Source: a virus. Taken from it: a DNA stretch of 64,000 nucleotides. The stretch covers positions 9,929 through 73,928 of the IMG/VR virus record IMGVR_UViG_3300026518_000011; one strand, given 5' to 3'. Below the pieces are notes generated by a model that had not been told where the DNA came from, did no database searches, and saw only the letters and a list, made by a program, of their open reading frames with translations. Of this stretch, positions 29,737 through 40,093 are shown piece after piece (the stretch's first letter is position 1; the number at the start of each line of letters is the position of its first letter). Both the position numbers and the translations under genes were made by a program.

Positions 29737-30972
29737 TTACCGGATCAGCTTTGACACAGCCGGTGAATTTTTTGCATTATTCAGACGATTATCCAGATCG
29801 GCCCGTAGTGATGGATAGAATTCATCTACTCTCCGCTCGTAGAACTTCCCACCCATTTGACAGCATGTATCGCCAACATATGTGTAATCGAATACGGTAC
29901 GCTGCATTTGGGTGTCAATGTGAGCAGTGATAAACCCAAGGTTCCATCTACGTCCATCTGTATAACTGGCATTGCGCTTATGCATACCACCAGTTTGGTG
30001 CCATTCAAAGCTCCCAAAAATAGGATTCATGTAGGTGGTCACATTGTGGGCATGGTGGTGCCCGTGGAACCCAGCACATGTCACACTGACCTGTTTGGGC
30101 GGATGATGACGAACCCATAGACTATTCCAGTATAGCCGTTCAGACTCCAGAACTTCTTTTTTCAACTGTGCATCCGTAAACGCGAACAAATCGCCCTTGG
30201 CGATATAGTTGATATCGTATCGATCCAAACATAGGAGTTCACGAATCCCCATGTCATGGAATTCGCTGGCCAACAGGGTGGCTAATCCGGCATTATTTTC
30301 CACAGTATGACGGGCGATTCGGGCCTCATGATTTCCTTCAATAAAATCAAATTGGCAATTAGGCCCAACGACTTCTCGCATCTCCCCCATCATATCGTGG
30401 GCTTTATGCATACGCCCGATCATATCCCACTCACGGGGATCATCAAAATGTTTAGAAAATTCGGGGGCATCAAATAGATCACCATTGATAACCAACACAT
30501 CCGGTTTGACCGCATGCAATTTTTCGATAAACATCCGATAGGCAAACGGGTCACATTCAACATCGTGTAAATCCGACACGCCCATGACAACCTTATACCG
30601 TTCCCCATTTTCAGGACGTGTGTATATATCACCCCACGACAATCTTTCCTCAGACGCAGTGCGTAGATGGTCTACACGCGCATGTTTGCTACCCGCATTG
30701 ATCAACTTACGAGCAGCAGCCGTAGTAGCGAACCCACACAATTCCTTAAACGCCCCCCAGTTCATGGGGAGTTTTTCCCACGGGTCGGTGATTCCGATTT
30801 CATTTTGCAGCTTAGCCCGCAGATAATTGCGGCTCATCGTATCGCCAGGATATTTTGCATCCAACTCTTTGGCATATGCTACAAGTTCATCAGTGGTTGG
30901 TAACGATGGGTCTTTGAACCAAACACTGTGCGGATTAGTGGGGGTCTTCTTAGGGTTCACCATGTTAGTCAA
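29737..30972 (-). CDS. calcineurin-like metallophosphoesterase with N-terminal extension
   Basis: SDLH, NGDLFD, EGNHE, H, HGHHH motifs. Confidence 0.85.
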   Translation of the reverse strand: MTNMVNPKKTPTNPHSVWFKDPSLPTTDELVAYAKELDAKYPGDTMSRNYLRAKLQNEIGITDPWEKLPMNWGAFKELCGFATTAAARKLINAGSKHARVDHLRTASEERLSWGDIYTRPENGERYKVVMGVSDLHDVECDPFAYRMFIEKLHAVKPDVLVINGDLFDAPEFSKHFDDPREWDMIGRMHKAHDMMGEMREVVGPNCQFDFIEGNHEARIARHTVENNAGLATLLASEFHDMGIRELLCLDRYDINYIAKGDLFAFTDAQLKKEVLESERLYWNSLWVRHHPPKQVSVTCAGFHGHHHAHNVTTYMNPIFGSFEWHQTGGMHKRNASYTDGRRWNLGFITAHIDTQMQRTVFDYTYVGDTCCQMGGKFYERRVDEFYPSLRADLDNRLNNAKNSPAVSKLIR

Positions 30973-31041
30973 TTCCTTATACTATATATCCAATATAATG
31001 CATCATCTAGCGGTTACAACCCCCTATGACCACTATATCTA

Positions 31042-31443
31042 TTAATCAATGTTTTCCATCGGGATATCCCATGAATAATCCGATGGTTTTGCTGAATTGA
31101 TTGCAGGCTTAGCAAATGGTTCATCGGGTTTAGTTGGCTCTTCGACGCGCTTACTCAAGATCATAGCAGCACGTTGTTCCACCTGTTGGATGTAATGGAC
31201 CAATGTTTTTGTTTGCTTCGACCCAATAGTAGCATGTTTCTGATAATTATCAAAAAGCTCCTGTCTCAGTTCCTGCAACTCGTTATACGTGCATTCATTG
31301 ATAATTTTCTTTTTACCCATGATAGCTTGTTGTTCCGCCCGCAATTCTATCCCCTCGTCAATAGAATGTGATGCCAGTAGAGATTGATTAATCTCTACTA
31401 ATCTATTCCGGTCGCCACGGGATAAAAATGTTGGAGACAGCAT
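31042..31443 (-). CDS. hypothetical protein
   Basis: Coupled ORF in operon. Confidence 0.5.
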   Translation of the reverse strand: MLSPTFLSRGDRNRLVEINQSLLASHSIDEGIELRAEQQAIMGKKKIINECTYNELQELRQELFDNYQKHATIGSKQTKTLVHYIQQVEQRAAMILSKRVEEPTKPDEPFAKPAINSAKPSDYSWDIPMENID

Positions 31444-31739
31444 TATGTGTTATCACCCATATTCTCAACAAACAGACGATAATCATTGCAATAAAAATTG
31501 GCCATGGTATCCAATGTTACATGCTGTCCCACATAATTGGCATAGGTGCGGGCTTGCTCAATCGCATATGCCATAGCGGGTCCAGTATCGGTGAACCCAT
31601 TGCGCTCGTCCTCTCGTTGAGCATCATTGATACTAGAACTTGCGTCCAAAAACATAACACGGCCATCGAAGGTTTTATCAATCCGCAGTAGGTGCAGAAC
31701 GCGCCCTCTATCGGTTTCGGTCACATATGTAGCAGCCAT
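31443..31739 (-). CDS. hypothetical protein
   Basis: AAGGA RBS, coupled ORF. Confidence 0.5.
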   Translation of the reverse strand: MAATYVTETDRGRVLHLLRIDKTFDGRVMFLDASSSINDAQREDERNGFTDTGPAMAYAIEQARTYANYVGQHVTLDTMANFYCNDYRLFVENMGDNT

Positions 31740-31752
31740 CAAAGTGTTCCTT

Positions 31753-32472
31753 TTAGGTTAGGGAAATTGTAATACCACCGACCATTTTATAGTCCGCATT
31801 ATTGATACTAATGACATATCGGTGTGTTGCGGCAGTATCAATCGTCGTATATTGATCAGATGTGTATTTCGTTATTACTACAATGATCGGATGATCAGCA
31901 GTAATATAATAAGCATCGATGTTCCATGTAGAGTCCAATGCATATAGGTTTTGTGCAGCCACCAACGCCACCGCCCGAGGGTCGTGGTGATATCGACCAC
32001 CTACAATAGAAGCACGAACCGCTATTCGTTGTGTAGAATCAAGGTAGGCACCATTAGTCACATTACCAGAAACCGCCCCAATTGAAACAAACTCTAACGG
32101 AAGTGGTCTCAGTTGGTTCTGCACAAACGCCGTCAACCCGCTCTTCATTTGGGCCATAACATCAGCATCCGATAGACCAGCCGATAAATTCGCCACACAT
32201 TCCACATTCAAATTGACTGACACACTCGCTGACAACCGATACATATGAGAGGATTGGTCAGCGATAATCCCACTCACTGCGGTATCTGGAGTAGCTCCAT
32301 TTGCGGGTTGACCTTCACCTGTTGATGGTTGACCCGAATTCGCCACCCATCCCCCAGCATCAGATAGATATTTATCAACCAATACCACAGAACTATCATA
32401 GGTCTGCGATGGTAGTTTAGACATCAATAGGGTGGCAGTAGTAAGTTTCCAACCATTAAGGGTCAAGGCCAT
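31753..32472 (-). CDS. hypothetical structural protein
   Basis: 239-aa ORF in a late operon. Confidence 0.5.
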   Translation of the reverse strand: MALTLNGWKLTTATLLMSKLPSQTYDSSVVLVDKYLSDAGGWVANSGQPSTGEGQPANGATPDTAVSGIIADQSSHMYRLSASVSVNLNVECVANLSAGLSDADVMAQMKSGLTAFVQNQLRPLPLEFVSIGAVSGNVTNGAYLDSTQRIAVRASIVGGRYHHDPRAVALVAAQNLYALDSTWNIDAYYITADHPIIVVITKYTSDQYTTIDTAATHRYVISINNADYKMVGGITISLT

Positions 32473-32960
32473 CAGATGCTCCTACCAATTCCGTCAAAAA
32501 TCACATCAGCCCGAGGGTCATCAGATTTGTTTAACGCCCTGAGGCATTTGGTCAGCGATTGCTTAGTATTGAACTGAACCAATGTGGAATTACCAACCTC
32601 TGAGTATACAAAGTCATTTGACTCAAGAAAACTTTTAAACGGCATGGGAAGCGTGATTGAGTATGGGTATTCCACACTCTCGGTGATCGATTTCATCGTG
32701 GGGCGCTTATACCCTTCCATGGTATTTCCCACAACACCCTGAGACGCCACAGATTGCCCGCCTATAGAGGTCTTCTTCTTTACCGTCACCACCTCCGTAT
32801 CCTTGGGAGGTTGCCCTCCAGTGGCCGTAGAAATGGCCTGCCCCGCACTAGCTGCACTCACCGTAGTGGTGGTGTCAGATGTTGTAGAACCAAGGGCTGT
32901 ATCTTTTACATCTACTTCGTAATCCGTCTCTTTAATTTTTTTACGTCTTTTCGCCATCAT
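32472..32960 (-). CDS. hypothetical head-associated protein
   Basis: GAGGA RBS; IKET/TMEG/ITES/FLES motifs. Confidence 0.5.
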   Translation of the reverse strand: MMAKRRKKIKETDYEVDVKDTALGSTTSDTTTTVSAASAGQAISTATGGQPPKDTEVVTVKKKTSIGGQSVASQGVVGNTMEGYKRPTMKSITESVEYPYSITLPMPFKSFLESNDFVYSEVGNSTLVQFNTKQSLTKCLRALNKSDDPRADVIFDGIGRSI

Positions 32961-32967
32961 ATGGTCC

Positions 32968-33315
32968 TCAATGTAAAGTAACAAATCTAGCATCATGGGT
33001 ATCAATACCTACACGTGCCATTGGGGTATTATTGTCATCATTCAGATAATACAAAAACCCTTTGGTATCATCTGGATCAACCTCAATAACCGTGGCATCA
33101 GGTATTTGGGATTCCAATAATTGATTCACTACCTGTTGGGTATATCCCATTGCGATTGGAAATGATGTAAACGCCTGTGACACTAATGTCTCCCCAGCTT
33201 GAATAGTTCCATCATATATAGGATGTTCGTGATTGTATTCAACCACTATGGTAAAGAATATACCATCTGGTGGGTGATCCCCGTATATGATGCCACGATT
33301 AATCGCATCGTCCAT
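32968..33315 (-). CDS. hypothetical protein
   Basis: AAGGA RBS. Confidence 0.5.
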   Translation of the reverse strand: MDDAINRGIIYGDHPPDGIFFTIVVEYNHEHPIYDGTIQAGETLVSQAFTSFPIAMGYTQQVVNQLLESQIPDATVIEVDPDDTKGFLYYLNDDNNTPMARVGIDTHDARFVTLH

Positions 33316-33324
33316 ATTTAATCC

Positions 33325-33711
33325 TTATTCGGAAAGCATTTCGTTAACCAGTGACTCCATCATAGATGTGGTCACTGCGGTTCTTGCTCTGGTCTGCGGC
33401 CCAGACGTTTTGGTAGGGGCCTGTATAATAGCAGTCCGTTTTGCCACAGGTCGCTGAAATCCATCATTTGGGTTCCACGAAAAAATGGGTGCTGCCCGTT
33501 TTCGTGGATTTACCGTAAATGTTTCTTTCTGATTATTTCGACTAATGGTGCCAACAAAATTGGGACCAACCCGATCCACACTAATCAGATATGGATAACC
33601 GGATTGATCTCGATCGATTTGCCCATCATGGTTAAGATCATCAAGTAGTGATTTAACCCGTGGATGGAGATCAAACACAACCGTTGCATATATACTTGGA
33701 TATTCAGCCAT
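33325..33711 (-). CDS. hypothetical late protein
   Basis: CTAAATAC at 33737-33744; C-terminal MMESLVNE. Confidence 0.5.
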   Translation of the reverse strand: MAEYPSIYATVVFDLHPRVKSLLDDLNHDGQIDRDQSGYPYLISVDRVGPNFVGTISRNNQKETFTVNPRKRAAPIFSWNPNDGFQRPVAKRTAIIQAPTKTSGPQTRARTAVTTSMMESLVNEMLSE

Positions 33712-33775
33712 TTCAACTACCCCTTATGATTCCTCAGTATTTAGGGAACCACAAGGGGTCATCCTTAGTGAACAA

Positions 33776-36700
33776 TCATGAACATTTACTTGATCCACAC
33801 TGTGTGCATTTCGAACACCCCTCAGAAAATACTATTTCTGTAGATTCGCAAATCTCACACACTGCACCATCGATCACTTCACCATCCTTAACGTATGAGG
33901 ACAGGAACTTTTTCACTTGAAACAGAAATGACCCTACGATGATATCATCAAGTTTATCTAATTCAAATACGATATTCTTAATCAACACCCCGTGCCGAAG
34001 ATTCAATGACACCACCCGAGCGATCTTAGATGAGTTACTGTCAGATGCAATCTTGCTCACAGTATTGTTGATATGAGTATCAGGGATGCCTTTATCCCTC
34101 GCCAACTCAAGCAGGGCATCAATTGCACTAGACGTCTGCACCGTTTTTTCGACCGCATTCGTATGCACGAACAATGCCAATGGTTCAGTTTGGTCATGAT
34201 TGTGTAATACCGTAAGATACCACTTACGCCCTTCTGCCCGCAACACTTTCATGGTGGCAGGAGAAGAGTCTGGCAGTTTAACATCATCCATGATGATTTC
34301 CTCATCACTACCAGCTTCAGATGGTGCCTCCGACAGAACCGACGTCATAGTCCCACTACGATAGGTTGTAATCCCCTTGATATACTTTTCCTTATACGCA
34401 TCGAGATAAACATCCTCGAATTGATCAAAAGGAAAATCATGTGGAAGATTCACAGTGTTATGAGACACCAAGCCATCAATGAGATACGTGTGGGTGTTTT
34501 CCACCTCAATATCATAGACCTCGTGTGGACCAATGGCTGATACACTGACAACTTTGACACCATACAAAGTATCATCATATGGAATATCATGTTTATCTAA
34601 GAAATTACTTCTAACAAAATTATCGCGCTTCATACTATTGCGCATTGATCTCCTATCAGTGATTTCCTGTATACCATGACCAAAATTCGCCAAAATTTCA
34701 TCCACCCGAGATTGGTCAATGTATCTCGGCCACACCCCATCTTTACATACTACCCTCTTATGGGCCTCCAGCGGAACAAATGGATGATTGCCATATACTG
34801 CACATGAGTATGCAGTATCGCTTAATACCCCCGTAGCTACATGCTTTTGGCCTTTATAGTAAGGTAATCCCATGCCTGCGACCATTGTAGCTAACCCGTC
34901 TGCAATATTCTGCGAATACCCTTCATACAAAACTAGTTTCGTTGGAGGATTAAGATACCCATCTAGTGTAATGCCGTTGATATATGCCCGTTGTATATGA
35001 TGGGGAGATGCCAAAATTTGTGGGGGGATAATTTTTCCCACACACCCCTTCCCGAAATTTTCATTCAAATATTTTACCAACGGGCGAGAATGAATAACGT
35101 GGGTTATCACCCCAGTTCGTTCATCTACACTATGCGCAGGTTTGACACCAAACAGAGACTCCATTAATGAATCTGCAATTATACCTACAGACTCGTCCTT
35201 CTCTACAATACCAAAAGAATTCACGTTAGTAAAACCGTCTGCTGCAAACATTCCTAAAAAGGTAGCATACGACTCCGTCATCACGGTGGGAACAGTCACC
35301 TTATTATATGTATGGTATGCAGAAAAATCCAATGATGGCATTGATATCATTGTTGCTTCATCTACGGATATAGCAGCGGCCTTAAATAGCACATAGCTGC
35401 CGACAGCCAATTCAGTGGGTTTCATGAACCCATGATCGGTTTTCAGTTTGTGATTTTCAGAGCATTTGATAGTTTGGCCATTGCTCATCGTAATTTCATA
35501 ACACTCAGCAACGCCCCCATAATAATGTGAAGTTACCTTTTGATGATCCCCATTTTCATCACATACGTAATACTCACGATTCGGGTCAATGAACGTGTCA
35601 GGTGCCTCAAAGCCATCAGAAAAATCCTCAATTGGAATAGCTCCGTGGTTTGTATTAATCATTGTTCCAGCAACCACACACTTGCTTAGTGATGAATCTA
35701 TCCACTTAGCAAACCCTTTCAGATCACTTACATGATCATCAGGTGTCAGAGACATCGCCGTAACAGCCCAGGTTGCGTCAGCATCCCATTCTCCACGATC
35801 CATTAACCACTTTACTCCATAATCGATGCACGGCACCTCTTTAGTCAATCCTCGGTTTCCGTCAATCTTATACACCACGCCCTCATGCTCACCACGAAGA
35901 ATATCCTCATCACCCTCTTTGGCCCATTTGAACAACTCAGTTTCATGCATCTCACCCTGCCAAAATTTAGGGGTACGCGACATTATAGAATCCGGCGTTT
36001 CATTTACAATAACGGTGCGGATATAGGATTGTGCAAAGATTGGTTCAATACCTCCTGACACCACATTAGAAAAAATAGAGGTATTCCCTGTAGGCTGGCA
36101 TGACATCAATGCGGAATTGCGGATACCAACCCTGCGCAACTTATCCATATATTCATCAGATAGACCAATCATTTTAATATACTGGGTATTCGCATGTTTC
36201 TCAGGATCACACCCAATAAACATACCTTTTTCCTCGGCCAGATCAATTGATGCTTCATGACAAGTGTGGGCATAAGTCTTCATGATGAGTTCACGAAGTT
36301 CTGCTGCCTCATCAGATGCAAATTTGATTTTCATCATGTAGAGCATCGATGCCCATCCCATGATGCCACACCCAATACGGCGCTTCTCTCTCACATATTG
36401 TTCATACTCCGGCAATGGCAGTCTTGTATATGAATTTACATTATCCAAAAACCGAACCAACGTACGAACCATGGTAGTGAATTTATCATAGTTGAATGTT
36501 CGATCTTCGTTTACGAATTGTGTTAAATTAATCGATCCTAAATCACAAGACCCACCAGGTGGTAGTAGTTGTTCACCGCAGTTATGAATCATCACCCCAT
36601 TTGAATCAAATGCGTTAATACCAGGAACTTGACAGTCATATACGTCCATTACCCCGAGGTGTTCCATACCTTCGAATGTTGCTATTTTCTGTTTGCTATA

Positions 36701-39064
36701 TGGCCCACGGGTATATTGTTCTAAGATCGCAACAGCCTTATTCTGTTTTTCGTAATCCTCAAATCCAATGGTATTCACAAAGGTTGGAATATTGTCAGCC
36801 GATACAATTAATTCGTATTGTGCTTTGCACGGGTAATGCTTTTGTCCACCCTTACCGTCTGGTAATAGTTTATCTGCTGCATCCCGCCGTAAATATAACT
36901 TACTGAACACCCCGACCCGTATCATCATTCGCTGAACTTCTTCTAGCATTGGTTTATCTGATTGAGACAATCGTATAGAGAAGCCCTTATCAGCATTTCC
37001 CTGCACTGAGCCATCAGCGTCAAATAAACCAGAAATAAACCCTTTATGGAATTCTGAGGAAGTTTGAACGATAGTCGGTGTTATTTCTTTTGTGACGATA
37101 CCAAATTTATGCAATAATTCTTGAACCATTTTATTGGTCATACGATACTCACCGCGACCTTTAATATGAATCCATTCCCCGCCGACAATCTTAGACACTT
37201 TTTCCATTATTGCATCAGCACCATCATTGGAAAAATTGGTTTGGTCATCTCCGTGCCAAACACATATATGACCTTTACCCGCTGAGATATACCCATCACC
37301 AAAAAGAAGTCCTAGGATGTAGCCCTCATCCTTAGAGCCAATCCCATCCCATTTGGCATCACTGTGATCATGTATTACAACTCTGTCATTTTTTTGCATA
37401 TCTTTCATTGGAACCCATTCGATAGACTTCTTACCAATGGGCATGGTGGCAATAAGATGATCTGCGGTTGCATCCACAGAGAACCCCTCTTTGGTGATCA
37501 TGCGGTATACATCTTTGGTGCCAGTTTTGAAAAACCCTGCATCTGTTGTATCATAGGGGGTGCCGTCTACCAGCAAGGTAGTGGGTTTGCCGATAAGTTC
37601 AGCAACGAGCTTGGGACCATTGATGGTTTGAATGCATGAATAGTCTGGAACGCATGGATTACTCGCCGTTAATGTATTTCCATAATTATATGAGTAGTAT
37701 TCATTGGCTCGATCCAGAAACATGATACCAGGTTCTGCACGATTATAGGTGGATTTCATCATCAAATCCCATAACCATAGCACTGATACGGTGTTGTGAA
37801 CCACAACCGGATACCCCAATGATTTCCACTCCTTTAGATCACCCTTCCATGTGGTATCGTATTCTGGATGTGTTGTATCGGGGAATACCAAATCCCACTT
37901 TAGATCCTCACCAGTGGCTTTAGCCTTAATTACCAATTCCATAAATTCATCCGTGGCATTTACGGACATATTGAATTTAGTCAATCGTCCCGGAGTTTGC
38001 TTAGCTTGGATGAATTCAATAATGTCAGGATGGTGCACATCAAGGATGCTCATCATCGCACCCTTTCTGATTTTCTTTTTAGCCCTCGTAGTAGATGCTT
38101 TAACTCCACTACCAGATGTTACAATTTTGGAAGATACATCAAATAGCTCCATAAACGCTATCGATCCAGGAGAATCTACCCCCACCCCTTCAATAAAGGT
38201 GCCGCGCGGGCGCAGCGCAGAGAAATTGTGCCCCCAGCCGCCTTCACTTTTCAAGGTCTGTGCCTGATCAGTCAGTGTTTCATAAATCCCAGCAATCGAA
38301 TCTGGTGAATTCTCGATATGGGGTGAGACAAAACAATTATGGACTACAATATTATTAATAACGTAACTCTCGTCCTCATCAACCGAGATATTATAAACAA
38401 TTCCGTTAAAAAATTCTACAGATTTGGTAATATCTCCATCATACATACATTTTTTGACATCCAAATACATTACACCATTATCATGATGTATACCATCAAC
38501 ATCATCTCCAATGGTATTGTGCCCGAATACCAATTTAGTATTATCTTCAGAATTTACCCAAGAACCATCTGGTTGATAAAATGGATGTTCTTGGGTCACT
38601 GTAATATCTACAGGCAAATGCGGTGACGAGTATCTATCGATATCGCAAGACACGTCTCGTTGCATTGTGTTAACCACCGATTTGTAGCTACCAGTATGGG
38701 TCAACACCAGATCACCAACCCTGATGTCTTCGATGGGGACCAGTCCCTTATTCGTGGTTACTAGATTACCAGCAGGAAAACAATTTATTAAAGTTGTGCC
38801 CTCGAATTCAGTTCCCGCATTGGTATAAATACGCCCCCCTGTGGTAGCAGTAAAATTGGTCAGCATATTATAGAATCGATCATGCCAGAGGTCTTTTACC
38901 GATTCATCCTCAACCGAGGCGATTGCGCCAGCTACTCGATGAAAGGTATCATTGATATCATTATCGGTATGATATTTATATGTAGATTCCCACACCTCCT
39001 CAGCAAATGGATTAGTAAATTGTGTTTTCGGCATATTTGTGAAGGTGGGGGTGCTGTCAGCCAT
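33776..39064 (-). CDS. nrdJ: class II (adenosylcobalamin-dependent) ribonucleotide reductase with three inteins; about 847-aa extein
   Basis: Spliced motifs TLIN|CFV, ASNP|CGEQ, CDLGSINL, QPTGNTS..SGGIEP, SLSK|TVNLP, KGITTYR; C-terminal Zn ribbon C..C...EGCSKC..CG.SKC. Confidence 0.92.
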   Translation of the reverse strand: MADSTPTFTNMPKTQFTNPFAEEVWESTYKYHTDNDINDTFHRVAGAIASVEDESVKDLWHDRFYNMLTNFTATTGGRIYTNAGTEFEGTTLINCFPAGNLVTTNKGLVPIEDIRVGDLVLTHTGSYKSVVNTMQRDVSCDIDRYSSPHLPVDITVTQEHPFYQPDGSWVNSEDNTKLVFGHNTIGDDVDGIHHDNGVMYLDVKKCMYDGDITKSVEFFNGIVYNISVDEDESYVINNIVVHNCFVSPHIENSPDSIAGIYETLTDQAQTLKSEGGWGHNFSALRPRGTFIEGVGVDSPGSIAFMELFDVSSKIVTSGSGVKASTTRAKKKIRKGAMMSILDVHHPDIIEFIQAKQTPGRLTKFNMSVNATDEFMELVIKAKATGEDLKWDLVFPDTTHPEYDTTWKGDLKEWKSLGYPVVVHNTVSVLWLWDLMMKSTYNRAEPGIMFLDRANEYYSYNYGNTLTASNPCVPDYSCIQTINGPKLVAELIGKPTTLLVDGTPYDTTDAGFFKTGTKDVYRMITKEGFSVDATADHLIATMPIGKKSIEWVPMKDMQKNDRVVIHDHSDAKWDGIGSKDEGYILGLLFGDGYISAGKGHICVWHGDDQTNFSNDGADAIMEKVSKIVGGEWIHIKGRGEYRMTNKMVQELLHKFGIVTKEITPTIVQTSSEFHKGFISGLFDADGSVQGNADKGFSIRLSQSDKPMLEEVQRMMIRVGVFSKLYLRRDAADKLLPDGKGGQKHYPCKAQYELIVSADNIPTFVNTIGFEDYEKQNKAVAILEQYTRGPYSKQKIATFEGMEHLGVMDVYDCQVPGINAFDSNGVMIHNCGEQLLPPGGSCDLGSINLTQFVNEDRTFNYDKFTTMVRTLVRFLDNVNSYTRLPLPEYEQYVREKRRIGCGIMGWASMLYMMKIKFASDEAAELRELIMKTYAHTCHEASIDLAEEKGMFIGCDPEKHANTQYIKMIGLSDEYMDKLRRVGIRNSALMSCQPTGNTSIFSNVVSGGIEPIFAQSYIRTVIVNETPDSIMSRTPKFWQGEMHETELFKWAKEGDEDILRGEHEGVVYKIDGNRGLTKEVPCIDYGVKWLMDRGEWDADATWAVTAMSLTPDDHVSDLKGFAKWIDSSLSKCVVAGTMINTNHGAIPIEDFSDGFEAPDTFIDPNREYYVCDENGDHQKVTSHYYGGVAECYEITMSNGQTIKCSENHKLKTDHGFMKPTELAVGSYVLFKAAAISVDEATMISMPSLDFSAYHTYNKVTVPTVMTESYATFLGMFAADGFTNVNSFGIVEKDESVGIIADSLMESLFGVKPAHSVDERTGVITHVIHSRPLVKYLNENFGKGCVGKIIPPQILASPHHIQRAYINGITLDGYLNPPTKLVLYEGYSQNIADGLATMVAGMGLPYYKGQKHVATGVLSDTAYSCAVYGNHPFVPLEAHKRVVCKDGVWPRYIDQSRVDEILANFGHGIQEITDRRSMRNSMKRDNFVRSNFLDKHDIPYDDTLYGVKVVSVSAIGPHEVYDIEVENTHTYLIDGLVSHNTVNLPHDFPFDQFEDVYLDAYKEKYIKGITTYRSGTMTSVLSEAPSEAGSDEEIIMDDVKLPDSSPATMKVLRAEGRKWYLTVLHNHDQTEPLALFVHTNAVEKTVQTSSAIDALLELARDKGIPDTHINNTVSKIASDSNSSKIARVVSLNLRHGVLIKNIVFELDKLDDIIVGSFLFQVKKFLSSYVKDGEVIDGAVCEICESTEIVFSEGCSKCTQCGSSKCS
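34457..35680 (-). mobile_element. intein 3 with LAGLIDADG homing endonuclease (408 aa)
   Basis: CVVAG...CSENH...LGMFAADG...INGITLDG...VYDIEV...VSHN followed by T. Confidence 0.92.
36581..37654 (-). mobile_element. intein 2 with LAGLIDADG homing endonuclease (358 aa)
   Basis: CVPDY...ATADH...LGLLFGDG...ISGLFDADG...VYD...MIHN followed by C. Confidence 0.92.
38336..38782 (-). mobile_element. intein 1, mini-intein (149 aa, no homing endonuclease)
   Basis: CFPAG...VTQEHPF...VYNISV...VVHN followed by C; no LAGLIDADG motifs. Confidence 0.9.
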
Positions 39065-39229
39065 AGGATATCCTAGATTATGAATAAGTTATTGCGTAAT
39101 AGATAGCCACTAAAAGTTGGTCTTCAAGTGGTCGGTAGGACTATTTATGGTCATATTGTAATTTTTATAATGTTCTTGATTCGTCCATATTATGTGGTGG
39201 ATTTTAGACAACCCACCACATATAGTTCA

Positions 39230-40033
39230 TTATGCATCTACAATAGTTTTGATGGCATCGGTCTGATCTGGTGTCAACTCTGGCACGATCAGAGACACTA
39301 CAAGGTATGCATCCCCATTTGATCCATACCGCTGGGGCAACCCCTTATTCGGGAGTCTGATGGTTTGGCCTGATCCGATACCATTGGGCAATGCTACTTT
39401 GACTTTACTCCCTGTTGGGAGATCAACATCCACCTTATTACCAAATAGTGAATCAAATGCATCCACCTCGATATGCATGTAAATGTCAGCACCATTTATC
39501 TGATACCCACTATCTTCGGCGTTTTCTGGATATATGCGGAGAATTAGGTTATCAATACCATCAAATCCGTGATCTTCCTTAGGGATGATAATCTGCCCAC
39601 CCACGGGTGTATTTGGGGGCACGTCGATTTTTACAATTTCCGTAGACATCATGAATCCCATGAATCCCATACGGGTGTTCTGCACCTGCGGGACCTGAAT
39701 GGGAACATTCATGGACCCGCCGTTGATCAATACGTCAATTGGGACCCCAACATTACCTGTGATATTCTGTGACTGGGGCGGTCTAGCAGGACCTCTGTGA
39801 CCAAATGGGTTATACCCACCAAATCCCTGTGGTTGTGGATTATCATATGCCGCTTTTTTGTCCGGTTCCTTTAAGGTGTCGTAGGCTTCATTTACTGCCT
39901 TAATCGCGTCTTCTGCGTTTTCTGTGTCCGCATTAATATCCGGGTGTAATTGCTTAACTTTACTGCGATATGCTTTTTTGATTTCAGCAGCAGTGGCGGT
40001 GCGATCAACACCAAGAGTTTCGTAATAATCCAC
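39230..40033 (-). CDS. dnaJ: DnaJ/CbpA-like J-domain co-chaperone
   Basis: DYYETLGV, IKKAYR, HPD, NEAYDTL, C-terminal domain without Zn fingers; TTGACA-17-TAGATC promoter upstream. Confidence 0.92.
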   Translation of the reverse strand: MDYYETLGVDRTATAAEIKKAYRSKVKQLHPDINADTENAEDAIKAVNEAYDTLKEPDKKAAYDNPQPQGFGGYNPFGHRGPARPPQSQNITGNVGVPIDVLINGGSMNVPIQVPQVQNTRMGFMGFMMSTEIVKIDVPPNTPVGGQIIIPKEDHGFDGIDNLILRIYPENAEDSGYQINGADIYMHIEVDAFDSLFGNKVDVDLPTGSKVKVALPNGIGSGQTIRLPNKGLPQRYGSNGDAYLVVSLIVPELTPDQTDAIKTIVDA

Positions 40034-40093
40034 AATACGATTCCTTATTTTTTGATTCAGTCATGGTTGATCTACGTGATATATCAATCGGTG

